Shown here: positions 1-13,900 of the stretch, piece after piece
Position numbering within the stretch: position 1 is the stretch's first letter
Layout: every line of letters begins with the position of its first letter
Source of the DNA: Lytechinus pictus
Lineage: Eukaryota
Assembly (NCBI RefSeq): GCF_037042905.1
Contig: NC_087251.1
Location: 42,906,001 to 42,970,000 of the forward strand
Length of the DNA stretch: 64,000 nt
Reading direction: 5' to 3'
Program-made: the position numbers and the translations under genes
The notes under the pieces: generated by a model
Told to the model about the DNA's origin: nothing
The model's database searches: none
Seen by the model: only the letters and a program-made list of their open reading frames with translations

Positions 1-3000
1 ATTTTCATCATACTCTTTAGATTTGTAGAGGAATATATTCTAAAGACATTAGAATATTAAAAATATGGGGTCCATGTGCTCGTTTTTAGACTATCAGTGT
101 CTAAACTGTTGCGAGTTGGCTTGAAACAGCCCATAATGCGCCGAAAACAAGTAAAAGTCAGATAATACCATCCACAATGTCTGAATGTCTAAAATACGAA
201 TGGTTCCGTAGTTCTGCTCCTAAACATTCGAAATCCATGTCATTTTCATCATACTCTCTAGATTTGTAGAGGAATATATTCTGAAGAAGTTAAAATATTA
301 AAAGTATGGGCTCCATGTGCTCGTTATCAGACTATCAGTGTCTTAATTGTTGCGAGTTGGCTTGAAACAGTCTATAATGCGCCTAAACCGTTCGGGCAAA
401 AGTCTAATACCGTCCAAAATGTCTAAAATACGAATGGTTCCTTAGTCCTGATCCCAAACATTCAAAATCCATGTCATTTTCATCATACTCTCTAGATTTG
501 TAGAGGAATATATTCTGAAGAAGTTAAGATATTTAAATTATGGGGTCCATGTGCTCATTTTCAAATTATCAGTGTCCAGAGCATTGCGGGTTGGCTTGAA
601 ACAGCCCAAAATGCGCCGAAAACAAGCAAAAGTCTGTTAATACCGTCTAAAATGCGAATGGTTCCGTAGTCTTGCTCCCAAACATTGAAAATCCATGTAA
701 TTTTCATCATACTTTGCACATAGATACTTTAGCACCTGAATATTTCAAATATACAAAAATTCACATGGGTCCATGTGCTTGATTTTTTGCTATAGAGCTT
801 CAAAGTTAACCCAAAATGGATGATGTTCTTAAGAATTGCGCATCCAAAAGAATTTGGCATTTTTAGACCTCACGAGATCACAACAATGAGTTTAAAACTC
901 TATTAATCAGTCAAAATCTATAAAGATTTCATCAAATTTTGCAATATGATTAATAATTGTATCCGTAAGATGGATAATTGATTTATATTGCTGTCAATTG
1001 TTTGCTCATTGAAGTCTAACAACACTCTCAGTTCTTAGAAATTGCGGGAAAGATACTCAACCTCAAAAATTTCAAATTTCAATAACAAACTTGAGAAGTA
1101 AAAGAAATGCTGCACTTTAGTCAAAACCCGTGTCATTTTCACCAAACTTTGCAGAGTTGTATAGGAAGGTATACCTAAGAGGTGCAAACATAACAAATAT
1201 GGGTTCATGTGCTTGTTTTCAAACTATCAGCACTCTTATTAGAGCAAATTTGCTTCTTAAAACACCCGAAAACGCGCCAAAAGCTTTGTATCTATGTGAG
1301 GAAAAATTACGAACCACTTTTCCATTTATTCAAACTCGGGGTCATATTCATCATACTTTGCGGCACTACAGAGAAACTATTTTGAAATTGTAGAGGAATA
1401 AAAAAATGGTCCACGGAATAATTCCAGTTTATTAGCTTCATAAATAACACATCGGATCTGCAGTTAGTGCAGATAAGGAAAATAATCAGCTCACATTACC
1501 TACAGCTGATTAATCACCAGTTCATCCATTGTGACGTCAGCGCGCAGAGTGTAAAATATGCGCAGATCATGATGCGCACAAACATAACTGTGGAACGTCC
1601 TTAAGCAAATTTTATAAATTATTAAATTGAACTTTAATGCATGAGTGAACACAAATTACACTTTTAGGGCAGCATTTCAACTTTATCATTTTGATCTCTT
1701 TTTGGGCAGCATTTCAACTTTATCATGTGGATCTCAGCAATGTGTTCATGGGAGTCGGGAGAATAGGGGGTGAGATATGACTTAAGTGGGAGAAGTAGGT
1801 TGATGGAATAAGAGTCAACAGAACATTCAGCCCCCGCCCCCTCCCTCTTTCCTGCCCTCCCCTCCTGTTGAGAGACTGATGGCTATTGTCATGTACGCAT
1901 GAAGTCCAGAGCAGAATGTTGATTTCATGATTAATTTTGAATTGGGGCATCAACTTTTTCCTATCAATCATTTAATCAACAATTTATCAGTAAATCAACT
2001 CATTCAATGTGCAATGTGATCGATCAAACATTCAGTTTTTTCAATAAGTTATATCATTAATTATCATAATCCTTAAATTTTTTTGGCAACCATTCAATAA
2101 AAAAAACTGACCATCAGCCACCGGTCACTTGGCAGTTAAGTTTTGAATATGCTACAATCCAGGAAGTGAGACAGAGAGAGAGAGAGGGGGGGGGCTGAGG
2201 AATGGAGGTGGAGAAGGGAGGGTACATGTGACTTTTAATTTGTAAAAGGACAAAAGGAAAAGGAATGCCCTTTTAAACAAGTCTTAGCATATCTCGCCCT
2301 CTTGCTTGTAACAGGTACCATCACATTACTCTGACTCTCACGAACACACTTCTGAGGTCCACAAGATGAATATGCTACACCAAAATTACAATTCCTGTTC
2401 ACGCATGCTTTAAATTTCAATTTAGTAACTTATGAAATTTGCCTAAGAAACCAAAACTTATCTCACTCATTAATTTAGCTTAGCAAGTTCCAAAGGACTA
2501 ACCACTCAAAAGCCCAGCTTAGCCGATCTTAGTCTCTGAGGAGGAGAGAAGCGGGGGGGGGGGTAGAGATGGAGGGAGGGGTTGCTAAATGTTCTGTTGA
2601 CCTTTATCCCATCAACGTACTTCACCTACCTAAGTCACATTACCCCTCTTCTCCTGACTGTCATGAACACATTGTTGAGATCCACATGATAAAGACAAAA
2701 TGCTGCACTAAAACTTGCAATTCATGATCACTCATGCATTAAATTTCGATTTAATAACGCATTAAATTTTCACAAACAACAAACTGATCACAACTGATCT
2801 TTAATTCACCAAATAACCTTCAACTTTGCAAGTACCAAACAAAATAACCTGAAAGAAATTGGAAAGCTAATTCCGGCCAACCCTAATTTTCATACCCTTT
2901 GTTTCAGTGGACAGTGCTCGCTCAAGCATGACTAGTTTTCCAACTTTTTGGTGTCATTTGAAAGTTGACTTTATTAGCTTTCCATATCTATAAGTCTTTT

Positions 3001-3069
3001 CCCCTAAAGTGCTACATTTTTTATTTGGCAGCCATTTCAAAAGTGTATAGTTTTTTTTGGGACGCACTG
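1..3069. mobile_element. Right part of a non-autonomous Tc1/mariner-type DNA element with internal ~225-240-bp tandem repeats
   Basis: Ends GGGACGCACTG followed by TA (CAGTG terminus on the minus strand); tandem units start at about 1, 242, 476, 700 with degenerate copies near 1135 and 1345; internal inverted repeat ~1620-1850 vs ~2570-2757. That all of this belongs to one element is inferred. Confidence 0.55.
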
Positions 3070-4769
3070 TATAGGGGACCACCTCGGTCCACCTCTGTGA
3101 TTTTTCAAGTTGTGATTTAGTTGGTTAGACTATACATAAAGAGGAATAGTTAAAGAAGAAGATGAGGAAAAGAAATACAATGTCATGGAAGAATGGGGTA
3201 TGAAGAGTATAAAATGAGAGACCTAATTAAGACAGGTAGATGTTATTATCTCATCATTCAATTGAAGACAAAAATGACGTTCTTTCAAGATAGGCTAGAT
3301 GCATTGGCGGCACACACAAAAAATAATAAGAAAAGAAAAGGGAAAGAAAATATTTTTAAAAAAACAGAGGGAAAAGAGGAAAAGAAAAAAAATTAAAGCA
3401 GAACAGAAAAAAAATGAAGGAGAAAGAAGCTATTAATTCTTTCAAAGAAAAAAGGCTCCCAAAAGCATCGGCAAAAATAGTAATTTTTTGACCGGTTGCC
3501 AGCCAAACCAAACAAGTAGAATAAAAAGCTATGCAAGGGGCATGTCGCCCCCCCCCCCCCCGCACACACACACATGCACTTTAAAAACCAAATATAGATG
3601 CCACAATATTGACGTGATGTGGGGCACTTCATAGACCTGCAAACAATTGGGATCTTGATGGTGATTTCGCGGGATAAGACCGCCTTCCTGATTGTTGATT
3701 GCTTATCAGTTTGAATGTGAACAAAATAATAAAATTTAAAATCATATCGAAAAACCGTATACCTTCGCTGCGACATTGCGTGCAAAACTTTTCTGAAACA
3801 TTGGGGGAAAATCTTGATTACTTTCGAAATGTTACCTTTTTGCTGTTCAATCTAGTTTTATTGGTTGTTGTTTGTTTCACATCTCACAAGAATCTATTTT
3901 ACATTTTTTATTGGAAAGATTTCTAATTCAATTCGGTTCGTTATTATTTATGATAAAGCACTGTTCTCTCGGAAATGAAGTTGACTGGTTTCTGCCTATC
4001 CCATGAGCGACATTTTCAGGGGCGGCGTTGGGGCGACTGCCCCTGTAATTTTTCAATTAGTGGGGGGAGAGGAAAATAAGAGAAAATGAAAGATCACAAG
4101 AGAGAGAGAGAGATTAGTCGTGTAGCTATATTACCGTGACTTCTATAATTCAATATAGAAAAAAAAATCGGTCGTCCATCCCCCTCCCCCTCAAATTACC
4201 ATAGTGCCGCCCCTGTCTTGATGTGAAGGATGGGTAAAAGAGTATCGTGTATAATCTGAGAATGCAACTAATTTAGTTTGAAAGCATCTGCTCAGCGGAT
4301 ATTTCAATGGTGACCCGGTTTCCCCCCCAATTTCCCCTACCCTTATTTTATTTCACTTTTGTCCCCCCTCTCATGTTTCTTCTAATTTTTCTTCTCTTCT
4401 CCCCCTACCTCTTCTCATCTCTTCTACCCTTTTTTGCACAACCAAAATGGAGGAGGGTGGATGGGGATAACCGTCTAATTGGCCAGCGTCGCCTCCGCCT
4501 ATATTATTATGGGCGATGTGACAAATGCAAATCCCTTTGTCAGTTTTGGACGCGTGCACTTGTTAGGGGCATCAAAAACACGGATTTTCAAAATAGGGGT
4601 AGTTTTGAAAAACGGGTCAATGGTCAATCGCAGGGTCAAACGTATTTAGGGTATGTTTTTTTTCCAAAGCTTTTTTTTTTCAAGACTAGCTAAACGTGTT
4701 TAGGGTAAGTTTTCTTCCAAGCTTTTTCCCTGGGGTCATATTCTGGCGACAACTCGAAAAGGTAGGCCT

Positions 4770-6433
4770 ACCATTAAAGACTGCTTGCAGTTAGCCATGA
4801 AGACGTTACATATTTCAACAATCAAATAATGCGAGCGCGAAGCGCGAGCTGAAAATTCTACATAAAGAATGGAAAATTTTAATCAATTTTTGTAATCGTG
4901 AACAGGATAGCTATATAACTAAACAATTGATGCAAGCGGAAAAATTCTAGATTTATATTTAGAACGGGACACTCTATTCATGTTTTGTAAATCATGAAAA
5001 GGATGAGTAAGATGAGCAAAAAATGTTTGTATACGTTTTGAATTGATCGAAAAGTGCCTTTTAAGGACTGCTTGCACTTAGCCATGAAGACTTTACATAT
5101 TTCAACAATCAAATAATGCGAGCGCGAAGCGCTAGCTAAAAAAAATTGACATTTCTACATAATAAAGAATGGAAAATTTAATCAATTTTTGTAATCGTGA
5201 ACAGGATAGCTATATAACTAAACATTTGATGCGAGTGCGAAGCGCGAGCGGAAAATTTCGAGATTTAGAGGGGATCTTCCTACATTAATAATTCGAGCAC
5301 AAAGGGCGAGCAGAAAATTTTTGATATTGTGATCTGAAACTGGATAACTGAATGAACATGCGCGCGCGTGTTTCAGATTTAGACCTAGAATCTAGGCATT
5401 CTAAATACATCTTTTATCATGAAAATAAAAGCTTAAAATATTTAATATTCCGATCTGAAAAAGGGTTCAATTTCAGCTTTATATTTCAAGCACTTTGTAG
5501 GAAAATTGTAAGGTGGATATAAATCGCACTTAATAAAGAGCTGATGTTTTTTCATCATTATTACTTTGAGATATTATTATGACCGGAACATCCTTAGGAT
5601 ATTTTATCATATGAATATGATGACTATCTTCCTAATCCTCTTGCTAAGCGCGAGATTAAACAAAAGGGACAATTCAATTATTAAATTGATATCCTATTTA
5701 TTAATGGATAATGAGGGCGCGGAATCTTATGAAATTTTGGCCTGAACACTGTACCTTTCAAGCACTTTTATTTATATAAATAGGATGCATCAGTGATCAG
5801 TTGATATATTTTAACCATTAATGCGAGCGCAAATCGCGAGCTGAAATTTTTGATAAACTGTCATAATCAATATTGAGACATACATAACCCGCCAATCAAA
5901 AAGCAAGCATGGCAGCGCTGGCTGATACGTTTTGACAATCAGACCTGAAAAGCGGAATATTTTGAAAACTCTATGGAATACATGAAAATAATAGGTACCT
6001 GATAAATCAAAATTCGCGAGCGCGCAGCGCGAGCAGAACATGTTAATAATAAGACCATAAAACTGACATTTTTACAGAGCACTTTAAAAAAATCAACGTG
6101 TAAATCACACAAAATAATGAAAGTTCAATTTCTGAGGAGAAATATGTTTTGTATATTGAACATTGACTTTCAAACTTGATATTTAAGCTCCATGTTGAAC
6201 AAGATATGTGTATCACCTAACAGGCAATGCGAGCGAAAATTTTATATATCATGAAAGATTCTTTTTTTTCCCAGTCTTCCTCTCATCTTATTTTATTTAC
6301 TCATCTTCCTCCTCTTCTTTTTCTCCTTTCTTTTCCTTCCTTTTTCTTTCTTTCTTTCCTTTTTTTTCTTTATTTGCTCCGCCAATAGGGGGGGGGGGGG
6401 CGGGCCCCTCGGTCCCCCCTGGATCCGCCTATG
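4770..6433. mobile_element. Interspersed repeat with recurring GCGAGCGCGAAGCGCGAGC motifs, ending in a poly-G/GGATCCGCCTATG terminus
   Basis: Motif recurs about ten times; internal ~290-bp duplication (4780-4960 vs 5065-5265); terminus shared with other MITEs in the window. Confidence 0.55.
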
Positions 6434-7060
6434 AAAATGTGTAAATAAAGCCCGCGAAAAACTTATTTAGGGGATTATTTTGCACACAGAGAAAAACTCG
6501 TTGTTATAGGGGATGTTTGGAAATAATTTGGCCACGCGTGTGTACAGCAATACAGTTTACTGGCCCCCTCGTGGTTTTGAAAGACTGGTCAATGGTCGAT
6601 CGCGGGGTCAACCGTATTAAGGGCATTTTTTTTCTAAAGCTTTACGTGTTTAGGGTATATTTTTCCCCAAGTTTTTTTCCCGGGGCTTTTTCCTCCTCGT
6701 TTCTGAAAGTTTGGGTTCTTCCCGGCCGATTGTACAAAACTTGTTTAGGGGTCACTTCTGGCGACAACTTGTTTAGGGGCCAAAATGTGTAAATGAAGCC
6801 CGCGAAGAGATAAGAGATCGAGAGTTTGGAGATAATTTGGTCACGCATGTGTACCGCAATACATTGGCTGCCCCCCCCCCGCCCCTGGGCTTTGCATTAC
6901 TGCACAAACTGCATGATGGTGAACACCTCGGGGCTCCGTAGCCATCCAAAATCAAGGTTACCAATGTGATCGAGTTACCATGAGGGGGTTTGAAATAAAT
7001 TTGTTTTGCTTTTTTTATATATATATAATCTCCGCCGTTATGAACAGTCAATTATTTCAA

Positions 7061-7475
7061 CCCGGGGGGGGGGGGGGGGGCACTTCCATTGACGAGTGGG
7101 TACCATGCGCGACCAAGGGGTCTCGAAAAGCTCCCTAAACACGTATTTTCCATATTCTGAAAATGCACCCCTTAACAAGTATTGGCGTCTGAAACCCTAC
7201 CCTTAACAAGTATTGGAAACAAAACGATACTCTTGGCAAGTATTCCCTGAAATGAACCCGTAAACAAGTACAGCGATATTTTATTGTTATGTCACGGGTC
7301 CGTCGGTCGTCGGTTTTTCCTTTACAGACACAACATTTGGTTTAGTACGGCCCCAGCTTCCACACCTCGCGCAAATCGGACTCTAAACGGGGCAATAAAA
7401 AGGACATCCTTTATAAAACATTTTAATTTTGTTTTATCATCCCCGCAAATTTGACCCTAAACACGTAGCTTTCCT
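7061..7475 (+). mobile_element. Truncated CCCGGG(G)nCACT-terminus MITE; related reverse fragments at ~4545-4755 and ~6435-6890
   Basis: Poly-G terminus plus repeated CCCTAAACACGT/CCCTTAACAAGT motifs. Confidence 0.55.
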
Positions 7476-7861
7476 AATTAATTTTTGAAATATTTAGGTT
7501 CTAAAGTAACTCTGTACAAAATTTTGGTGAAAATGACATGGATTTGGTCCTTTTATGAACTTCTGATATATTGGAATAGGGAGGAATAGGGCCTATTACA
7601 GTGATATGTATGTCTTTCAAATCAAAATTAGGATCTTCAACATGTTCAGCATGGTAGTTGTATGGCAGTAGCAGTTGCTTGTCAAGCGATTGCTATTTCT
7701 CATGTACTCGGCACTTTACTTTTGCAGCAAATTATTAGAAATCTGCACTGTCGCGGGCATTTTGTGCAAAAAAAGAAAGACTTGATCTTGAATGCTCGGG
7801 AAGCGACCAAAGAGGGCGACGTAGCCCATAATTGATCATTTTTTTACCGACAGACAACAAA

Positions 7862-7991
7862 ATGACGCGTCGCGTGCTGTCACAAGAGGCCCAAAATATC
7901 ACTTTTGAGACGAGTGAAGAGGTGGACGTAACCCCAACATTTGACTCACTTTCTCTCAGAGAAGACCTCATTAGAGGAATTTATGCATATG
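7862..7991 (+). CDS. EIF4A3: EIF4A3 exon 1 ([43 protein letters not shown])
   Basis: ATG in AAAATG context; donor GTGAGT at 7992. Confidence 0.92.
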
Positions 7992-10900
7992 GTGAGTTTT
8001 CCATTTAGAAATAGCCCTTCGACTTGCTTGAAACTAGCGAGTAGTGAGTAGTTTATGTGAGACTTTCCTTGAGTGTAGCTTTTGCATGCGCATGTGTTTC
8101 AATGGAGTGTTGCTCGCGGGGTATTACCGGTCACAGCTCCCGCCTCACTGGCCGCTTCGCTTGCTTGCCAACCAAGGGGGGGGGGGGGGAGGGACTAAGT
8201 ATATAATGCGTGGTGGGGACCCCCATTTTACACCCAAATTTCCATTCCAAGGCATAGCATTTTTATCTTATTGTCTTATTGAGAGAAAGCCCGGGGGGGG
8301 GGGGGGTACTCGACCAAAAAAGTGGTAGGTATGGGCCGTGGGCGGGACAAAGACCGGGGGCCTTGGAGCGGGCTTATTGTAAAAAGGAGGGTCCTCGGAA
8401 CGGGCTTCGGAACTACAAATGTTTGTGAAAACGGGGGTCCTTGAAACGGGTCGCCTGCGGCTGCGTGTGCATCCCTATGGAACGGGCATACGTCACTTTT
8501 TTACGTGTATTCAGCTAGCCCAGAGGCACGGGCGCCGGGTGCGCTCGCGCAGTGGCGATGGTCGGACAGCGCTCTGCGGCCGCTTTTCACCAAATTTGCA
8601 GCTCATTGTGGCGGATCAATGCTTCGGAGCGGCTTTCTTATAAATCTTAGTTCTTTTTCTCAATAAGATGAAAATGCTATGCCCTGGAACGGAAATTTGA
8701 GTGTAAAAATGGGGGTCCCCTCTACGGCACATACCCACTATGCATTATATACTGAGTGCCCCCCCCCCCTCCCCTGGGAGAAAAAGAACAAAGAAAGCCG
8801 CTCCAAACATGCCAAAGCATAACGTTAGCATTTTCTTATCAACAGTAGAGGCGCCGGTCCGAAAACTGGGATTGTCTCAGAAAACAAGGATATCCTCATA
8901 AACCAAGACAAATCATGTCTTGATAAATTGAGATTGTCCTTGTTTATGGGGACAGTTTCTCTTCACTTACCCCTGCGGGACATGGACGGCAATTACGGGA
9001 TTGAGAGTGCTAAAAATAGATTCAGTGACCTCAATTCCCCCCAGTTCACCGTCTATTTTTCACGACTTGCCGTCTTCCAATAATCTTGTTATGAAACCTG
9101 ATATGTTTACATTGACTAGCGCACTCGATTGATGTTGGCACTTGACAGGTGAATGGACTTTCCTAGATTTCTTGCGTGGAGAAATCTTTGAAAACTGAGA
9201 CAGTCCCTGTAAACTGGGACGATCCCAATTTTCTGACCAGCACATCTACTGATCGAGAAGAAAGAAATCCATTCCAAAGCTTCGCATATTTTTCGTTACG
9301 CCATTCTGGTCGCATTGATCTGCTACGGTGAGCTGCAATTATGGTGAAAAGCAGCCTCAGCGCTGTCCGACCATCGCCTCTGCGCAAGGCCCCCGTTTTT
9401 TGTCTCGCCCGTGGCACATACCTACCACTTTTTTGGTCGAGTACTTTTCTCAGAAAACTGAAAATAGTAGACCCAATCAATATCAATAAATCATTTCACA
9501 CCCGTTTCTATAAAGAAAACAAGAATAAGTCATCACGAATCATTAAAAATTGACGTTTCTGCATTTTATATTGCATAACATATGGGACAGCTGCTCATTT
9601 ATGATGTCACAAATCCAAATCTTAACATTCTAATAACTTTCAAAATCTTTAATGGATTTTCTCAAACCTTCACCAATATTTTTTGTTATAATAAAAAATA
9701 TTGGTGAAGGTTTGAGAATAATTCATTTTTTCTATTATATTTAAAACAAAGTTTTCTTCATCTTGAACTTCCCTTTAAGTTAGTAGAGGGGTCTATTGAA
9801 TAACATGTGTTTTGAAGGGGGGCATGTCTGTGCACCTAAAATTTTTAGTTAAGATTAAACATGAATTTATTTTTATTTCACAAAAAAATCGTCCTATATT
9901 CTAAGGAATAAGTGAGCCAAAAATCTCATAAAAATTTGAAAGAAATGTTGTTTTCTTGTAAAAATTCTCGGCCAGTCATTTTCATATTGAACAAAAAAAT
10001 GGTGCCCCATGTCTGCACACTAGTACTGCACACCTCTTGAGTTTGCACACGACTCAGAGATTTTGATGAGAAAAGGCTGTATTTTGAGGCCATCACATGA
10101 AATGCCTGAAATTCAGTATTTTTCCTCCATTCTGAGTCAGATTTTTTAATGAATAGAAAATATTTGTCTATGTATTGCAGGTGTAAAAGTTTGTGGTTGT
10201 CGCATATCATTTATTCAAATCTTGCCGATACATGTGTGCGCAGACAAGGGGGACTGTGCAGAAGGCCAGTCACTGTTTCGCCAAAACATCCCAATTCAAG
10301 AGAAACTTCTTCTTTTTTCCCAAATATATTAAAAACATAGATTTTTTTTTTACAATGAAGAGGCAGTCGAACCTAACTTAGATTATTTGTAAATTTTCAA
10401 TCTTTTTTGTTTTAGATATGCCATTATTCCTTCATTCCTGGGAGGTGTGTGTTTGATTAGTTGTCGCAAAAAATGAGAGGATTTCTAGTTTTCTATTGTT
10501 ATTGCAAGTGGTTATTAAGATTGTTCCACAGGATGACATATGTCATTCAAATTAAACCTGTACTTTTGACAAAAACCTCTTTGTAAAAAAAAAATCAAAT
10601 ATTTACTAATTTCTAATTTCTGAAGATGATTTTTTTTTTACCATTTCCTCCAGGATTCGAAAAACCATCTGCAATCCAGCAAAGAGCCATCAAACCAGTT
10701 GTAAAAGGCAGGGATGTAATTGCACAGTAAGTCTGATAAACACAAATCAACATTTTTTTAAAAACTATCACCTACATGTATCTGCTTCAATATTTCTTTT
10801 TTCTTTTTAAAAATAGCTCTGAATGAAGATTACCTTCCTCTCTAAGATATTTTTTTTCTTCTCATTTTTGTTCTTATATGTTTATGATTGTCTATGTTCC

Positions 10901-13900
10901 ATAATTCAATTTTAATGAAGTGAAATTATATTTTTGTCAAATACTCCTTTTTATGGCAGAGTGCTGTTGCATAATGTACCCTTTTCAGTTTTATAATAAA
11001 CTGCCCCACAAGATATATGCTAGGGTTAGAAAAACTACACTGTAACTGTAAGTTATGCCAAGGGATGGATGCATGGCAATCACTTATCCCCCCCCCTAAT
11101 CTTCTTACGAGTATTCATGCTGCATTAAGTTTAACTTAGACAGAACATCTGGTTCAAACAATCACAGTTTGACACTGTATTTATATCTGTATGACAGTGT
11201 CTTCAAATTAATAATGAAAAGAAGATGATTCAGTCTAATTTATTACTCTGTTCTCACTCTCATTTCTTTGCAGGGCTCAATCTGGTACAGGAAAGACTGC
11301 CACCTTTTCTATTTCCATTCTACAATGTCTAGACACACAGGTTAGATCATTATGAAAATTTCCATTTATTTAAAATAACTCAACCTGATCTCCCCAAGAA
11401 TGCTGTGTGTTTGAAATCATATGTAGTTTGCCAGTGACATGCTTCACATCTCTTTCCTCACCATAGAGGTCCAATAGCACAATACGTGCAGAATACGCAT
11501 AGGGACAGTGATTTTCCGTTTTACGGGTAAAAGAAACAGAAAATCCGTTTGGTTCTTACACTTTTCATGCAGAAAATCATGGAATTCAGGTTTTTGCCGT
11601 GTACATTTTCAGTGACACAACAGAATTTCCATTTTTAGATCAAGTTGAAACGGAATTACAGATTTTCAGAAACGGAAAAGACCATTTTTTGAAACGGAAA
11701 ATCACTGTCTCTATACACAAATATTTTGGCCGAAGGTCGAAGTTTTCGAGACGATTTCCAAAATCAAGAGGTTATTGGGAGGGCAAGGCAGGTTTTTTTT
11801 TTAAATCACAATAGAACCACAGTTGAGGCCAGCAAGACAGATGAGGTGAGCACCTATAAGCAATTGTCTTGTTGGCTAATACAAGGGCTGGTTAGGTTGA
11901 TACAAATGAAATTCGTAATAATGCTGCTTCTACATTGATTAGATATGCAAGTGATATTTTCAAAGATGGCACAATGTAAAAGAGCTACCAATGTAATTTA
12001 TCTCAAATTATCAAGTACAGAACATATGGTATCACTGAGTTATGCTCTTGTTCCCTTCAGCTCAGAGAAACACAAGCATTGGTGCTGTCTCCAACAAGAG
12101 AATTGGCCACACAAATTCAAAAGGTGAGTCTGTAATGAGTTTATGATGAATTGAAGCAATAAAACTTCCATCCCATTCATATGGAGATTTGACATATTCA
12201 AAGAATTCCCCCATACGCTTTTGCATGTGGACCCGTCATGGTCTAGTGGTTCTGAATATTGCCTGTCAAACAGGGTCCTGGGTTCGAATCCTAGCCATTT
12301 TCCTTCAGAAGAAATTGATCTACACTGTACTGCACTCCACCCAAGTGAGGCGATGGGTACCTGGCAGGATTTAATTCCTTGAATGCAGTGAGCGCCGTTG
12401 ACAAAGTGGTAGGTCGAGCTAAAGCCAGGGTAATAGTAGCAGCGCTTTGTATTCTGCAAAAGTGCTTTATAAATCCAGCTATTGTTTACTCTGTCATGTT
12501 GTATTAAAAAGATTATTCTCTTTTATCCATATTTTATTTCTACAGGTTATCCTAGCCTTGGGTGACTATATGAGTGTCCAGTGTCATTCCTGCATTGGTG
12601 GGACTAATGTTGGAGAGGATATTAGAAAACTTGACTTTGGTCAACACGTAGTCTCGGGGACACCTGGCAGAGTGTTTGGTAAGACATTTTTCATCAATCT
12701 CCTGGAGGTTGGTGGGGGGGGGGGGGAGGCAGGGCAATGTCTTTAGAAGGTGGATGCCATACTTGTAACATGGGGTTGAAAAGGGAAGGTTGGCACTCTC
12801 ATGATAATTATTAGGAGGCTGCACTCTACAAGCTCCGCTTTTCAGCAGCCTCCTACATTTCCAGCCTGTTTGAATGGTTATCTTGATTATTGTAATATAA
12901 ATGGTCCTTGTTCTATTGATTATGTATTAAGATGTATGGAACAAAACATATTGTAAATGTTGGAAATGTAAACAAATGAAATGAAATGAAATAATATGAA
13001 TGCTATGTACATGCAAGGGCTTCAAATGGACCTAGAATGAGAAATCCCCCTTCCAACTCCTAACCCTAAATAATGCAACTTCAATGAGATGAATTGCATG
13101 TGTGTTCCCTTTTCATGTATCCAAGGTTTGAAAATGATAACCCTTTCTTTCTTGATTTTTGCAATTTTACTGTACGTGTGTGCATCACTCGGCCCTGTAA
13201 AACCCTTTTTACATGTACACTGCAAAAACTGGTGGTAATTACCCACCAGCCCAGAATGTATATATGTCCACACCAGAGAAGTATTGAAGCAACACCTATT
13301 TTGAATCAAACCAATGCTGTTTTAACACCAATTGGTGTGAGGCCAAAACCAAACTGGTGTTGTTTAACTCTTCTCTGGAGTGGATATAGATAAATTCCCA
13401 GCTTGTGGTAAATCCACACCGGATATTTTTACTGTGTATATGGTTGTTGTGTATGTGCATGGTGTCCAGCTTGTAATGGCAGTGCCCCCCCCCCCCCCTC
13501 CAACCCTGGGATCAATCCAAGATAGAGCTAGAGCAAACCTACGGGTATATGTAGAACAAGCCCTCCTCACCCAATGTTTTGCGGGTTATGATTGTAATTG
13601 AAAGAATAGTTTTGCCCCATGTTTTAGGAAAGTAGCACATAACTATTAAAATGTCAACAAGGTAATAGAAAATAGAGTGGAAGAAAGGTAGACCAACAAC
13701 CCATTTGCGGAAAAATATAAATGATGGCCTGCAGTGCAGTTTGCCCTTTTGATGTGTTGTTGGCGGTTTGCATATCTATTTTGATTATATTTTTATTATT
13801 TGTATTTCCTTGTGCATTTTTTAATTGTAATCAATGAAAACTAGATGAAGGTCAGTGTTTCCTAATGATATTTTATGAGTATTGGTTCAGATTTTATCAA

